Virus record (IMG/VR): IMGVR_UViG_3300045594_000287 | Location: 42,939 to 106,938 of that record | Direction: 5' to 3' (one strand) | Length of the DNA: 64,000 nt | From: a virus | Taxonomy: Duplodnaviria; Caudoviricetes | Shown here: positions 42,939 to 52,839 of the stretch, piece by piece | Layout of the letters: the number at the start of each line of letters is the position of its first letter | Numbering within the stretch: position 1 is the first letter of the stretch | The notes under the pieces: model-generated | Databases searched by the model: none | What the model was told of the DNA's origin: nothing | The model's input: only the letters and a program-made list of their open reading frames with translations | Position numbers and translations under genes: made by a program

Positions 42939-43001
42939 GCTGGTATCCCTCGCATCAATAGCAGTGCGAGGGATATTGGTATCTATGGAGGTTTTTACAC
43001 C

Positions 43002-43017
43002 TCTACAATGCGTAATA
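43002..43017 (+). promoter_or_regulatory. Putative late promoter of the fibre + radical-SAM operon
   Basis: TCTACA-ATGC-GTAATA matches the motif at 10881 and 62775; preceded by a hairpin at 42944-42975. Confidence 0.5.
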
Positions 43018-43054
43018 TAGTCAATAGATAATGTCGAAAAGAAAGGTGAAATAT

Positions 43055-44422
43055 ATGGCAAATGATACTTATAAAGAAGCTACTTACCAGGAAAAGATCG
43101 CCACTGGTAATGGCGTCAGGAAAATATCCGAAAAAGTCATCCAGGATGGAAGGGCCCTTGTCATCACAGACGAAGACCTTAATAAATACTCCTGGAGCGA
43201 TCTGCCAGATGGTACGATCAAAGTAAATCCGAATACGGGATTGATGGACGTCAAACTGAAAGGGCAGACGAGTTGGGTTCCAGCAGGGATCAAAAATGAC
43301 GGAACGATCTGCATTGCAAAAGACAGCATGATCATACAGGAAGATTTCGTGATCGAGAAAGTACCAGCATATGCGAATGGTCGTTACGGTACAACATCCA
43401 GCGAAACGTTCACATATTCCATGCCGACGATAGACACACAAAGTAATCCGTCGACTACCCCGAACTCATTCACTGGGAAAGTTACAGCTGACGGAAAAGG
43501 CTTGATCTTCCGTCTTACGCAGGGCACGTATATGAATCTACGTAATCACCTGGAAGTGATCATTGATGATGTACTGTATCGTTCTTTCCGCACTGGCGGA
43601 GTAGATGAGCGCAACGAACAGGAATTCATCATCTATGACCAGCTGGAAGCTGGGCAAAAGATCACTGCTAAATACATCCGCATCATTCGGATCGGTAATC
43701 CGTATCCACGAGTATTCATGAATACCAATACTCCGGATTCTTCAGAAGCCGGTGACATGTGGATTGATCCTGCAGGCGACATGGAACAGAACATCTACAA
43801 GAACTATCTTGATAACATCGAGATAGATCCAAAAGTAAAAACCTTCATGGATGGCATCACATCCTCTTACCAGGCTGCGGTAACTGACTCGATGAAGGGC
43901 TATACCTCCAACAACCCGGACCTCAAGAAGCGTATCGATGATTTCTGCGCTACCCTGGATAAGGATTATCCAAATACGGGTATGGGGAAAGACATGGCCA
44001 AAGCTCTCCTCAGTTATTGCTCTGGGATTATTCCTTGGGAATTCACCACACATCCAAGTACGATTGCCGGCTATGGCATCCAGGATAACTTATCGTATAA
44101 TGGCCACGTTCATAAGAAGCAGGATATCATAGATTTCCCGAGTTCGCTTCCTGCCAGTGGCGGTAACTCGAATACAGTAGGCGGATATGCACCGGGGCGC
44201 AATGCGAACCAGCTGCTTGTAATCGATTCAAACGGAAAAATCCCAACTGCAGTACTCCCAGATAGTGAGCAGAAGGATTCCGATTTCCTGACAACAGGAC
44301 CGAACCCGCCGGCTGTCCCTGTGAACGACAGGAGTGTATGGATCTGTACTAAGGCAGGAGAGCAATGTATAAAGCTTTATACGAACAATAACTGGATCAT
44401 ACTTCACGCGGCATGGTCATAA
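43055..44422 (+). CDS. Tail-fibre-related protein (455 aa)
   Basis: Start after GAAAGGTG; fibre motifs HPSTIAGYGIQD and GHVHKKQDIIDFP. Confidence 0.6.
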   Translation: MANDTYKEATYQEKIATGNGVRKISEKVIQDGRALVITDEDLNKYSWSDLPDGTIKVNPNTGLMDVKLKGQTSWVPAGIKNDGTICIAKDSMIIQEDFVIEKVPAYANGRYGTTSSETFTYSMPTIDTQSNPSTTPNSFTGKVTADGKGLIFRLTQGTYMNLRNHLEVIIDDVLYRSFRTGGVDERNEQEFIIYDQLEAGQKITAKYIRIIRIGNPYPRVFMNTNTPDSSEAGDMWIDPAGDMEQNIYKNYLDNIEIDPKVKTFMDGITSSYQAAVTDSMKGYTSNNPDLKKRIDDFCATLDKDYPNTGMGKDMAKALLSYCSGIIPWEFTTHPSTIAGYGIQDNLSYNGHVHKKQDIIDFPSSLPASGGNSNTVGGYAPGRNANQLLVIDSNGKIPTAVLPDSEQKDSDFLTTGPNPPAVPVNDRSVWICTKAGEQCIKLYTNNNWIILHAAWS

Positions 44423-44436
44423 GGAGGAACTAAACG

Positions 44437-45750
44437 ATGGCAGCATTGAATGCAAATAAAATCCAGTCTAGAAACCTTGACCCGGATTTTAAGAATAAGC
44501 TCGCTATAAGAGGCGAGATATCGATGGACGACTTATCAGAAGATGTGCGAGCAACCATATCGAATGGTAAGGGTGATGTAAACTATACAGCCTTGAGCAA
44601 TACTGTTGAAGGACTGAAAAACACCAAGGCTGATAAAACGACCTTGGACAATTACTTCAACAAGACTACGGACAAACTCTCGAAAGAGCAGTTGGATGAC
44701 AAGCTGCAGAGTACGATATCGAACACTGAGAACATCCTTACGGTAGCTCAGGCTACGTACAGATTGAAGTCAGAACCGATCACGGAAAAGGATATCTCCA
44801 ATGATTTCCTCACGAGACTGACCGGCGTAGAAAATAAGGCAGCAGCTGCTGCGACCCAGGCCCAGGCTTCAGCCGACACAGTCAATACTCTTACGACACA
44901 GGTAAACGAAGTGAAGGAGACTGCGAAGTCGATGACTGACGCTATCAGTCAGATAAGCCTGCTCAATACGACGGTATCATCATTGGATAAGAACGTCGGC
45001 ACGAACCGTTCGTCATGTGAGAACCTGGACAACAAGATCGTCCAGACGAACAGGGATATGGATGCCCTTCGTCTGAAGATAGATGCCAATACGTATTCCA
45101 GCACAAATAAAATCCCTCTTGATTCAATAGATGATAAAGTGAAATCTGGCCTTGACGATATCAAGACCACGCAGGATTCCATCAAGGTGCTGCAAGGGGT
45201 CCAGGGGAAGCTTTCTGAAGGAAAGTCCGGCCAGATTGTTTCGATCTGCGACGGCAGCGGCACGATGAAGGCATCGGATCTTATCACGCCATGTACCATT
45301 GTCCATACGGATAATGATTTTGAGAATGGCAAGAAAGCCGGTAAACCAATCATCTTCTACCCTGAAGCCGGTAAGCTTTCATTCTCGACAGATGGTAAGG
45401 CAAAGATGAGATCTCCTCTGAATACGATTGCGGACAATTCAGATGCCACTCTTTTGCAGGATGAGACAACACCAAAGGACAGCAATGGCAAAGCCGTTTA
45501 TTCTTCTTTCATCAAAGCAAAAGACATGTGGATCTTCCAGAACCATTTCTTCCATGATGCAGAAACGGGCGAGATCCTTTTCAACAATCCGTATAATGAC
45601 AACTTAACCACGTTCATGCCGGGCGGGATCGTAAGTAACCTGAACACGATCAGCGGGAATACTACGAAAGTGCAGTCTACGATTACAGATATGCAAGCAG
45701 CCATAGCGAACCTGCAGACCAGGATCGCAGCACTGGAAACCAATAAATAA
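44437..45750 (+). CDS. Coiled-coil tail-fibre-related protein (437 aa)
   Basis: SD AAGGAGG; long heptad segments; C-terminal LQTRIAALE. Confidence 0.5.
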   Translation: MAALNANKIQSRNLDPDFKNKLAIRGEISMDDLSEDVRATISNGKGDVNYTALSNTVEGLKNTKADKTTLDNYFNKTTDKLSKEQLDDKLQSTISNTENILTVAQATYRLKSEPITEKDISNDFLTRLTGVENKAAAAATQAQASADTVNTLTTQVNEVKETAKSMTDAISQISLLNTTVSSLDKNVGTNRSSCENLDNKIVQTNRDMDALRLKIDANTYSSTNKIPLDSIDDKVKSGLDDIKTTQDSIKVLQGVQGKLSEGKSGQIVSICDGSGTMKASDLITPCTIVHTDNDFENGKKAGKPIIFYPEAGKLSFSTDGKAKMRSPLNTIADNSDATLLQDETTPKDSNGKAVYSSFIKAKDMWIFQNHFFHDAETGEILFNNPYNDNLTTFMPGGIVSNLNTISGNTTKVQSTITDMQAAIANLQTRIAALETNK

Positions 45751-45762
45751 AGGAGTGATACC

Positions 45763-46707
45763 ATGGCTATATTAAAATGGAAGAATGCGAAAGACTGGAT
45801 CTCATTTTATGTTGATTCTATCGCACTCCGTTTGAGAAAAGATAAGAACCTCAGTGACGTGAACGATGTCGTGGCAGCCAGGAACAACCTGGAGCTCAGT
45901 GGAGTGAATAACCACACCCATTATCACGACGACCATTATATGCCGCTGATAAATCGTGAAGAGAAATCACGTACCACGGAACGAGACTCTTCCTCGTTCT
46001 GCATCACAGGAGATGTCGAAGCTCCTTTTGTCGGCTTCACTAATGATATGAAAGTGATGTTGCAGGCGAAGAATGTCATCGCTACTACCACAATGATCAA
46101 TGATGGAAGCAATATTCCAGTTAAACTTACCGGTGCAAGTAATACAGGAATACAACAAATCCGTACTACGGGGGTGACTGCTGATGCGGCAGGAAACCTC
46201 ACTTCAACCAGCGTGCAGTCAGGTTCTATAAGCGGAACGGTAGCCAATTTCAGCACAGTAAATGCTCAAAAAGTATACAATGCCATTTGGAATGACTATG
46301 CTGAATTCTTCCCCCGCGGTGGAGAAACCAACCCTGGCGATCTGATTATGCTTGACATTAAGAGCAAGAAAGAGCAATATATAAGAGCAACGAAAGATGC
46401 GCAGCTCATTGTCGGAGTCCATAGTGATGAATTCGCCATGCTCATCGGCGGAGAGAAGCCGGCTGCTGGCGAAGATTATTTCAAGACGAACATCGAGAAG
46501 TATATCCCCGTAGCCTTGGCTGGCCGCGTCCACGTCAACTTCACTGGCGCGTCTGCAAAGGGCGGGAAAGTAGTTCCGAGTGATATCCCGGGCTATGCAC
46601 GTCTTTATAATCCAGAGAAAGATACTCTGGATAGAGTAATTGGATATCTCGTTGAATCCGATGACTCCACGGGGGAAAGAAAGCTTAAGATCAAAATCGG
46701 GAGATAA
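45763..46707 (+). CDS. Tail fibre/spike protein with a C-terminal intramolecular chaperone autocleavage domain (Peptidase G2-like)
   Basis: LRKDKNLSDV..ARNNL and HYHDDHY; VYNAIWNDYAEFF..PGD..VGV.SD..PVALAGRV.V. Confidence 0.7.
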   Translation: MAILKWKNAKDWISFYVDSIALRLRKDKNLSDVNDVVAARNNLELSGVNNHTHYHDDHYMPLINREEKSRTTERDSSSFCITGDVEAPFVGFTNDMKVMLQAKNVIATTTMINDGSNIPVKLTGASNTGIQQIRTTGVTADAAGNLTSTSVQSGSISGTVANFSTVNAQKVYNAIWNDYAEFFPRGGETNPGDLIMLDIKSKKEQYIRATKDAQLIVGVHSDEFAMLIGGEKPAAGEDYFKTNIEKYIPVALAGRVHVNFTGASAKGGKVVPSDIPGYARLYNPEKDTLDRVIGYLVESDDSTGERKLKIKIGR

Positions 46708-46709
46708 TT

Positions 46710-47690
46710 ATGGATCTGATCATTAAACCTACGAAGGCTTGCAACTTCGCTTGCACCTTCTGCTCTTCTAATAAAATATCGAAGGCATTAACACTCGACC
46801 TGGAAAAGGTATTTCCGATCCTTCTCGAGAATGATGTCCAGACGATCATAGTAAACGGCGGCGATCCACTGATGGTCCCGCCGGCTTATTATGAGAGGCT
46901 TATCAATTTCCTGGACGAACATGACATGAAGACTACTATATCTTTCACGTCGAATCTCTGGGATTTCTTTTTGCATCCAGACAAATGGGAAAAACTATTC
47001 AAGGATGAACGAATGGGAGTCTGCACTTCGTTCCAATATGGAGGAGAACGAAGGATAGCTGATGGCCAAGAATTCACGGAAGAACTGTTCCGTAAAGTGT
47101 TCTCATTATTCGAAGACAGGATTGGATACAAGCTCTCATTCATCTCTGTCATCACCAGGAACAACGAAGAACGAGTACTCGATACCGTAAGGCTTGCGAA
47201 AGAACTCGGAACGGAATGCAAGATAAACCCAGCTTTCAAATCCGGACGTAGCGAGGAGTTCTACCCCCTATATAAGGCGTATGGAAGATACCTCGATATC
47301 ATCAAAGCTGGTCTGGCAGAATATGAGTTCAACAGCAAGAACCTCAAGCAGCTGTTTGGGTCAAGCAACGTGTGCTGCCCATACAACAGGAATTGCTACA
47401 AGACCATCCGTTGCATAAGTCCAGACGGACTGATCCATAGCTGCGGGGCCTTCAATGACGACCATTACATGAATGCCGCCCAGGGGAAGAAGACATACTG
47501 CCTAGGCCAATATGACGAGAAAGAGCTGGCAAGGGATTTCAAGATGCTGAAGCCGGCATGCCTTTCCTGCGACATGTTCCGGTTCTGCAACTCATGCTAC
47601 AAGCAGATCGCTGACATCACGAGCAGCGGCACGACGGAAGAACACTGCACAGGCATGAAAGCATTAGAGGGGAGACTGAAAAGCATATGA
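46710..47690 (+). CDS. Radical SAM/SPASM-type protein 1
   Basis: CNFACTFC, GGDPL and a C-terminal Cys cluster (CCP..C..C..C..CLSC..CNSC..C). Confidence 0.9.
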   Translation: MDLIIKPTKACNFACTFCSSNKISKALTLDLEKVFPILLENDVQTIIVNGGDPLMVPPAYYERLINFLDEHDMKTTISFTSNLWDFFLHPDKWEKLFKDERMGVCTSFQYGGERRIADGQEFTEELFRKVFSLFEDRIGYKLSFISVITRNNEERVLDTVRLAKELGTECKINPAFKSGRSEEFYPLYKAYGRYLDIIKAGLAEYEFNSKNLKQLFGSSNVCCPYNRNCYKTIRCISPDGLIHSCGAFNDDHYMNAAQGKKTYCLGQYDEKELARDFKMLKPACLSCDMFRFCNSCYKQIADITSSGTTEEHCTGMKALEGRLKSI

Positions 47691-48514
47691 CACTGTACAT
47701 AAAAGTCACGGAAAGCTGCAACTTGCATTGCCCCTTCTGCTACATCAAGCAGAAGCCTGGTACGATAGATATGGATTCGATCGACAGGGCAATGCAAGAG
47801 CTGCAGCCAAATCGAATCATCTTCCATGGAGGAGAGCCGCTCCTATATCCAAAGATCATCCTGGAGACGATCAAGCAGTATCCGGATATAGAATACTCGG
47901 TCACGTCGAACCTCATGGTTCCATTGACCGATCAGGTACTCGAAGTGATCAAGAGATGCAAGATAGCTACAAGCTATTCCGTGGACAGGTTCACCGAAGA
48001 GCAATTCGAAGATTTCAAGGCGGCCGTGAAGATGGTAAGTTCTTACCAGCCGATAACCCTGCTTGTCACGTTATCCGAAGCCCAGCTGCAGCAGCCTCCA
48101 AAAATCCTGTCTGATACAATTAAGGAACTGGAGATCAGTAATATAACATTTGAAAGGCTTTTTACAGAACGCAAAAGCAAAGAGCTGTACGAACAAACGG
48201 ACGAATATCTGCTGGAAGCATTCAAGCATGTCGATACCGAGAAGAACAACATGTTGCATTGGATGGAAGACGCGATAAGGAGCAACGGCACCGTATTCAA
48301 CCACGATTGCGATGTGCAGACATTGAATCCAGATGGTTCTCTTTGCGGATGCCCGAACCTCTATCGAACGAGAATCCACGATCAGCGGAAAAGGGAATGC
48401 TTGTATTGCGATATATATCAATATTGCAAAGAAGATTGCCCGAGCTTCGGTGGCATATGCTGTTTTCCTAAGAAGACCTTCCAATCAATATTGAAAGCGA
48501 GCGTGAATAAATAA
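47687..48514 (+). CDS. Radical SAM/SPASM-type protein 2
   Basis: CNLHCPFC, FHGGEPL and GCP..CLYC..C..DCP..C. Confidence 0.9.
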   Translation: MTLYIKVTESCNLHCPFCYIKQKPGTIDMDSIDRAMQELQPNRIIFHGGEPLLYPKIILETIKQYPDIEYSVTSNLMVPLTDQVLEVIKRCKIATSYSVDRFTEEQFEDFKAAVKMVSSYQPITLLVTLSEAQLQQPPKILSDTIKELEISNITFERLFTERKSKELYEQTDEYLLEAFKHVDTEKNNMLHWMEDAIRSNGTVFNHDCDVQTLNPDGSLCGCPNLYRTRIHDQRKRECLYCDIYQYCKEDCPSFGGICCFPKKTFQSILKASVNK

Positions 48515-49065
48515 TGAATACAGGCGACACTATAACCCCTGAGGGTTTAGCATATCATATCAATGATAACTTGAAAGAGAAGATTCAGGACTATGTGCAT
48601 TGGTGGCTCAGCGCGCCACCGAACTTCGATGACAACTGGGATAAGATCTTGCAGAATACAGACAACCTGGCTGCGATAACCAGTGACATGATCGGGAAGA
48701 AAGGCGAATGGCTCAATGCAGCTTCATTCTATAAGAATATCCAGGCTACCGTTAACTCCTGGTCAACTGTCCGCCCATTCAGCGTGATCGGATATAAAGG
48801 CAACAACACGAATGGTGGAACGCCTACCTATACGAAAGTGTATAGTGAGATGCGCTATGCCAACATAAAGGTAGCACATGAAGACATACTCGGCCGGGCC
48901 GGGCAGCCTTTCACAGCCGGCAGCATCGCTTCTGCAGAAACCATGAACCAGCTGATAAACAACATCTTCAGGCAGTGGAAAGATCTTCCTATCTATACCT
49001 ATGAATCAAAGAACTGTCACGGCAACTGCCATGATAACTGCCATGGATCTGGCGGCTGGCGTTGA
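48514..49065 (+). CDS. Putative radical-SAM substrate/precursor protein with a C-terminal (NCHx)3 tail
   Basis: 183 aa ending SKNCHGNCHDNCHGSGGWR; all its Cys residues are in this tail; TAATG-coupled to rSAM 2. Confidence 0.65.
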   Translation: MNTGDTITPEGLAYHINDNLKEKIQDYVHWWLSAPPNFDDNWDKILQNTDNLAAITSDMIGKKGEWLNAASFYKNIQATVNSWSTVRPFSVIGYKGNNTNGGTPTYTKVYSEMRYANIKVAHEDILGRAGQPFTAGSIASAETMNQLINNIFRQWKDLPIYTYESKNCHGNCHDNCHGSGGWR

Positions 49066-49084
49066 TAATACCGGAGGGGAAACA

Positions 49085-49786
49085 ATGACAAAAGATTCCG
49101 TACTCACTGCTCTTCCATTCACCGAGGAGCAGCTCGATAAATACTTAGATGACATGGACAAGCATAGCTTCTATATTGAATTCAGTGATTGCAAACTGAA
49201 AGGCAACAAGCTGCTGAACTACATATACAACTCGGGAATGGAATGTGATCTGCATCTGACCGATTTTACTTCGAACGATCTCGAGGGGTTCGTGAAAGAC
49301 TATATCTGTACAGACAAGATCGTCAACATCCCTGCTGTGAATGATATCTGGTGTGATATCCTCCTGTATCGAATAGAGAAAGAGATATTCGATACGAATA
49401 AAGAAGAGAAAGAGTTTATAGAAAGATTTTATGAAGATCACGGTGACCTGATTGATGAGTTGTTTGATATATTGTTTAGCTTAAAAGCTCATCTTATTGC
49501 TGCCATCGTCAACGATGATGATGGAATGATTGAGGGGAAAGAATCACGCAGCATGAATGAGGTTGGCCTTAACTTCGTCACGCTCAGGAACTCTGGAGCA
49601 TTCTGGAACGTCCTTACCAGGATAGACTCCCTTGGGCTTCCCGTGTACAACTACAAGGATTTCCAAGAATTCAGCTACGATGGAAGAAAGATACGCCACA
49701 ATTTCCTTGATGAATTCGGACCATTCTCCATCTTAAGCATATACATCAAAGACTCTATAGAAAGGGCTGGAAGTGCCGATGAATAA
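49085..49786 (+). CDS. Acidic hypothetical protein of the rSAM cluster (233 aa)
   Basis: Start reassigned to ATG 49085 after GGAGGGG; no recognisable catalytic motif. Confidence 0.6.
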   Translation: MTKDSVLTALPFTEEQLDKYLDDMDKHSFYIEFSDCKLKGNKLLNYIYNSGMECDLHLTDFTSNDLEGFVKDYICTDKIVNIPAVNDIWCDILLYRIEKEIFDTNKEEKEFIERFYEDHGDLIDELFDILFSLKAHLIAAIVNDDDGMIEGKESRSMNEVGLNFVTLRNSGAFWNVLTRIDSLGLPVYNYKDFQEFSYDGRKIRHNFLDEFGPFSILSIYIKDSIERAGSADE

Positions 49787-51023
49787 AACTATTCCTATCA
49801 GACAGTACAAGATCGATTACGAGACCTTATCCAAAGAGTTCCCCGAGATCATCCCTGCAGACACAGAAGCTTCTATCGATGGCTTCATATCGAAAGGGAA
49901 ACTTTACCTGAAATCCTCTGCGGATAAAAGTAACCCGCTTGTTATTGTCTCAAACGATCATACATTTGACCATAAGTTCCTGGATAAGGAAGATACCATA
50001 ACATTGAAGCTGGCTGATCCTGCCAAGTCATTCTCCACTATGCCAGAATATGGTTTCACGATAGATGACAATATCAGCGTGCATCAGTTCACAGTAGATA
50101 AAGATATGGCTGATAAACTTATCAGCAATAATGGTTTCCATTATTGGGGGATGGACAAGCAGCTGCATGTCAATGCCCACACATACAAACCAGATACGGT
50201 CATCGAATATGCGAATCGTATCCTCGAGAAAGGATATTCTTATCCGATCGTCTGTTATGTCGATACGACCATCCAGATAGAGAAGAATGATTATATCCCA
50301 TACCTGCATGAGCTGCTGGAAATCGGAAACGTCCCTTTTCGGATAATGACCTACAAGGACATCAGGTATCTGATGCATGTGACTCCAGAATTGTATACGA
50401 TAATATACGGGATTCCCAGTAATAAACGCTATCAGAAAGAAGATTCCGTTGACATAAGCAGCTTCCTCTTGACCAATTACAGCGATAAGCGCGACGCAAT
50501 CAAGAACTACCAGATAAAGGTAAGCAAGCCTGAGGACTCGGAATATGCATATATCGACAACCCGTTTGATCAATGCTTCTCTTACTATTTCATTTTTGAT
50601 TCCGACCATGCTTTCCTCAACGATCGGCTCATAACCAACATCATCAACAGGAATGACCTCGATTATGTATCCTGGGATGGAGATGAGTCTGGAGACATGG
50701 CAGCCGGCATGCATCTGAAGAATGCATTATATGGACGCACTCCGGTCAAGCAGATCCATCATGCCCATCCAGGTGAGGCAAAGGACACGGATGCTTTCGA
50801 GGAATATTGCGTGGAACATCATATCGACCTTGGTCTGTTTGATATGTTGTCATTTGGATACTCGAACGATAAGATCGAATTTACGAAATCTATCCTGGAT
50901 AAATTCAAGGCGGATCTCATCGTTATCGAGAATGACCAGTCAGCACTCTTGGGAGTAGAGATGCTGCAAGACCTTCTCGACAAGGACGACCTTTGTATCA
51001 AATATCTGAAACTTAAGAAGTAG
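49779..51023 (+). CDS. Hypothetical protein of the rSAM cluster (414 aa)
   Basis: Overlapping ATG after GGAAGTG; no recognisable family. Confidence 0.6.
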   Translation: MNKTIPIRQYKIDYETLSKEFPEIIPADTEASIDGFISKGKLYLKSSADKSNPLVIVSNDHTFDHKFLDKEDTITLKLADPAKSFSTMPEYGFTIDDNISVHQFTVDKDMADKLISNNGFHYWGMDKQLHVNAHTYKPDTVIEYANRILEKGYSYPIVCYVDTTIQIEKNDYIPYLHELLEIGNVPFRIMTYKDIRYLMHVTPELYTIIYGIPSNKRYQKEDSVDISSFLLTNYSDKRDAIKNYQIKVSKPEDSEYAYIDNPFDQCFSYYFIFDSDHAFLNDRLITNIINRNDLDYVSWDGDESGDMAAGMHLKNALYGRTPVKQIHHAHPGEAKDTDAFEEYCVEHHIDLGLFDMLSFGYSNDKIEFTKSILDKFKADLIVIENDQSALLGVEMLQDLLDKDDLCIKYLKLKK

Positions 51024-51034
51024 GGGGAACGAGC

Positions 51035-51985
51035 ATGATTGTATTCATTAAGCCGGTAGAGGCATGTAACCTCAAGTGCCTGCATTGCTACAATTGTGCC
51101 AACAGCAACTCCATCGACTTCAAAGCTCTTGGCTCTTTCCTTTCCTGTGTGAATAGGGAACAGCCGAAGAGCTTTTTTGTCTTACATGGCGGAGAGCCGC
51201 TGCTGGCAGACACGGATAAGACATTGGACTTGGTCAAGGGTTTCCCTGATAATCCATGGAGGATAACCACCAACCTTACTATGCCGCTCACAAGGGGCAG
51301 GATGGAGATCATCTCCTTGATGGATGAGGTCAGGACGTCTTTCGATATCGGTATCCGCTTCGGAACACTCCACAATCTCATGATGTGGAAGCACAACATG
51401 CAGGAACTGGTAGCAAATGGCATAAACGTCTACGTGAATATATGCTTCACGAAACAGCTGTTAAAAAAAGATCCAAGGAAACTGATGGACATGATGCACC
51501 ACCTTCATATAAAGACATTGAGCTTCGAACGGATCTGTAAGGCCGGCCGAGCGGCTGAAGGCGTGGACTTCATTCCATCATATGAAGATGTCGATGAATG
51601 GTTATGCAAGCTGTACCAGGTAGCAAAAGATTTTAAGGACGTGAAAGTAAGAGAGTTCGAAAACATTGCCTTTGGCATCATGAAAGAGTATAATTACTAC
51701 AGAGGCAAGGAGTGCTGCATCGCCACGCTTACCGTGAATGCCGATGGCACTATTGGCCGCTGCCCAAACGATGCGCAGGTATCAGTTTATGGAAACATGA
51801 AAGAACCGGAAAAGGCCATTGCGGCCAAGATGTGTGCCGGATGTCAAAGGGTAAAGACGGAATGCCTTTCATGTAATTCATTCGAAGATTGCCAAGGGGG
51901 ATGCCCCGCAGCAGAATGGCAGGGGAGCTCCTGCCCATACCCGAAAAAGCTATCCCAATTGATCAAGGAGGATCTCGGCCGATGA
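51035..51985 (+). CDS. Radical SAM/SPASM-type protein 3
   Basis: CNLKCLHC, LHGGEPLL and CC..GRCP..CLSC..CQGGCP..CP. Confidence 0.9.
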   Translation: MIVFIKPVEACNLKCLHCYNCANSNSIDFKALGSFLSCVNREQPKSFFVLHGGEPLLADTDKTLDLVKGFPDNPWRITTNLTMPLTRGRMEIISLMDEVRTSFDIGIRFGTLHNLMMWKHNMQELVANGINVYVNICFTKQLLKKDPRKLMDMMHHLHIKTLSFERICKAGRAAEGVDFIPSYEDVDEWLCKLYQVAKDFKDVKVREFENIAFGIMKEYNYYRGKECCIATLTVNADGTIGRCPNDAQVSVYGNMKEPEKAIAAKMCAGCQRVKTECLSCNSFEDCQGGCPAAEWQGSSCPYPKKLSQLIKEDLGR

Positions 51986-52839
51986 ACATACTACCTAGTT
52001 ACGCTTGCAACTTTCATTGCCCATTCTGTGCGATTCACCAGCAGGATTGCGGGCAGCTGCTCAATCTTGACTATGCCAAGCAGCAGCTGTCTTCGATTCC
52101 CGGCATAAGGCAGATAGACATCCTCGGAGGGGAACCATCGCTATTACCAGATGAATACTTATCAGAGCTGATTGACATATGCACATCAAGACTTAATGGC
52201 AAGCTGCCAGGCATGTATACCAATCTCAGTCGTGTATCTCCATTGATCGACAGGGTCAAGCTCACTGTAAGTTTCGATCCTGGGATGAGAGAAGCAAGGA
52301 ACAGCGTTATCCAGAACATGCTCATGTTGGATAATGAATTCGATATCAACACGATTGTCAGTTCAAAGCTCGTAGCTCTGGGTGCCGGCCATATAGAGAA
52401 GATGCTATCGAGATTCCGTATGGCAAAGCGAATATGCTTGAGCTCTTTCACGCATTTTCCAGGCATGCCAGATTATACCCCAGCTCCTGAGGATATGCTG
52501 AAATTCATGAAAGATATCCTGTCATTGGATGAGCCACATCGTATCCACTTCTCTCCTATATCATCTATAAGAGAAGGATCACGAAAAAGCTATGCAGCAG
52601 AGGAATCTGCAGAGATGCTGCCAAGTGGCAAGTATCGATATGCACTTCGAGACGTCACGAGCGCAAAAGAGTTCGAGACATTTGACGCCGTCAAGAAATA
52701 CCGATACAACAATGAATCTTATCCTGGCGAATGCAATAGCTGCAGATACAGAGGACAATGCCTGAATAAATACCGGACAGAAGCTGGATGCTATTGGGAC
52801 AAGAAGATCATGGAGACAATAGAGGAGAGGCTATCATGA
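51982..52839 (+). CDS. Radical SAM protein 4
   Basis: Start reassigned to ATG 51982 (ATGA overlap, SD AAGGAGG); SYACNFHCPFC, ILGGEPS and C-terminal CNSC..C..C. Confidence 0.85.
   Translation: MNILPSYACNFHCPFCAIHQQDCGQLLNLDYAKQQLSSIPGIRQIDILGGEPSLLPDEYLSELIDICTSRLNGKLPGMYTNLSRVSPLIDRVKLTVSFDPGMREARNSVIQNMLMLDNEFDINTIVSSKLVALGAGHIEKMLSRFRMAKRICLSSFTHFPGMPDYTPAPEDMLKFMKDILSLDEPHRIHFSPISSIREGSRKSYAAEESAEMLPSGKYRYALRDVTSAKEFETFDAVKKYRYNNESYPGECNSCRYRGQCLNKYRTEAGCYWDKKIMETIEERLS

Noticed and set aside
34621-46707. Diversity-generating retroelement or invertible shufflon acting on fibre genes
   Set aside because: No reverse transcriptase or invertase, and no near-identical TR/VR nucleotide pair seen; the repeats are diverged at DNA level.
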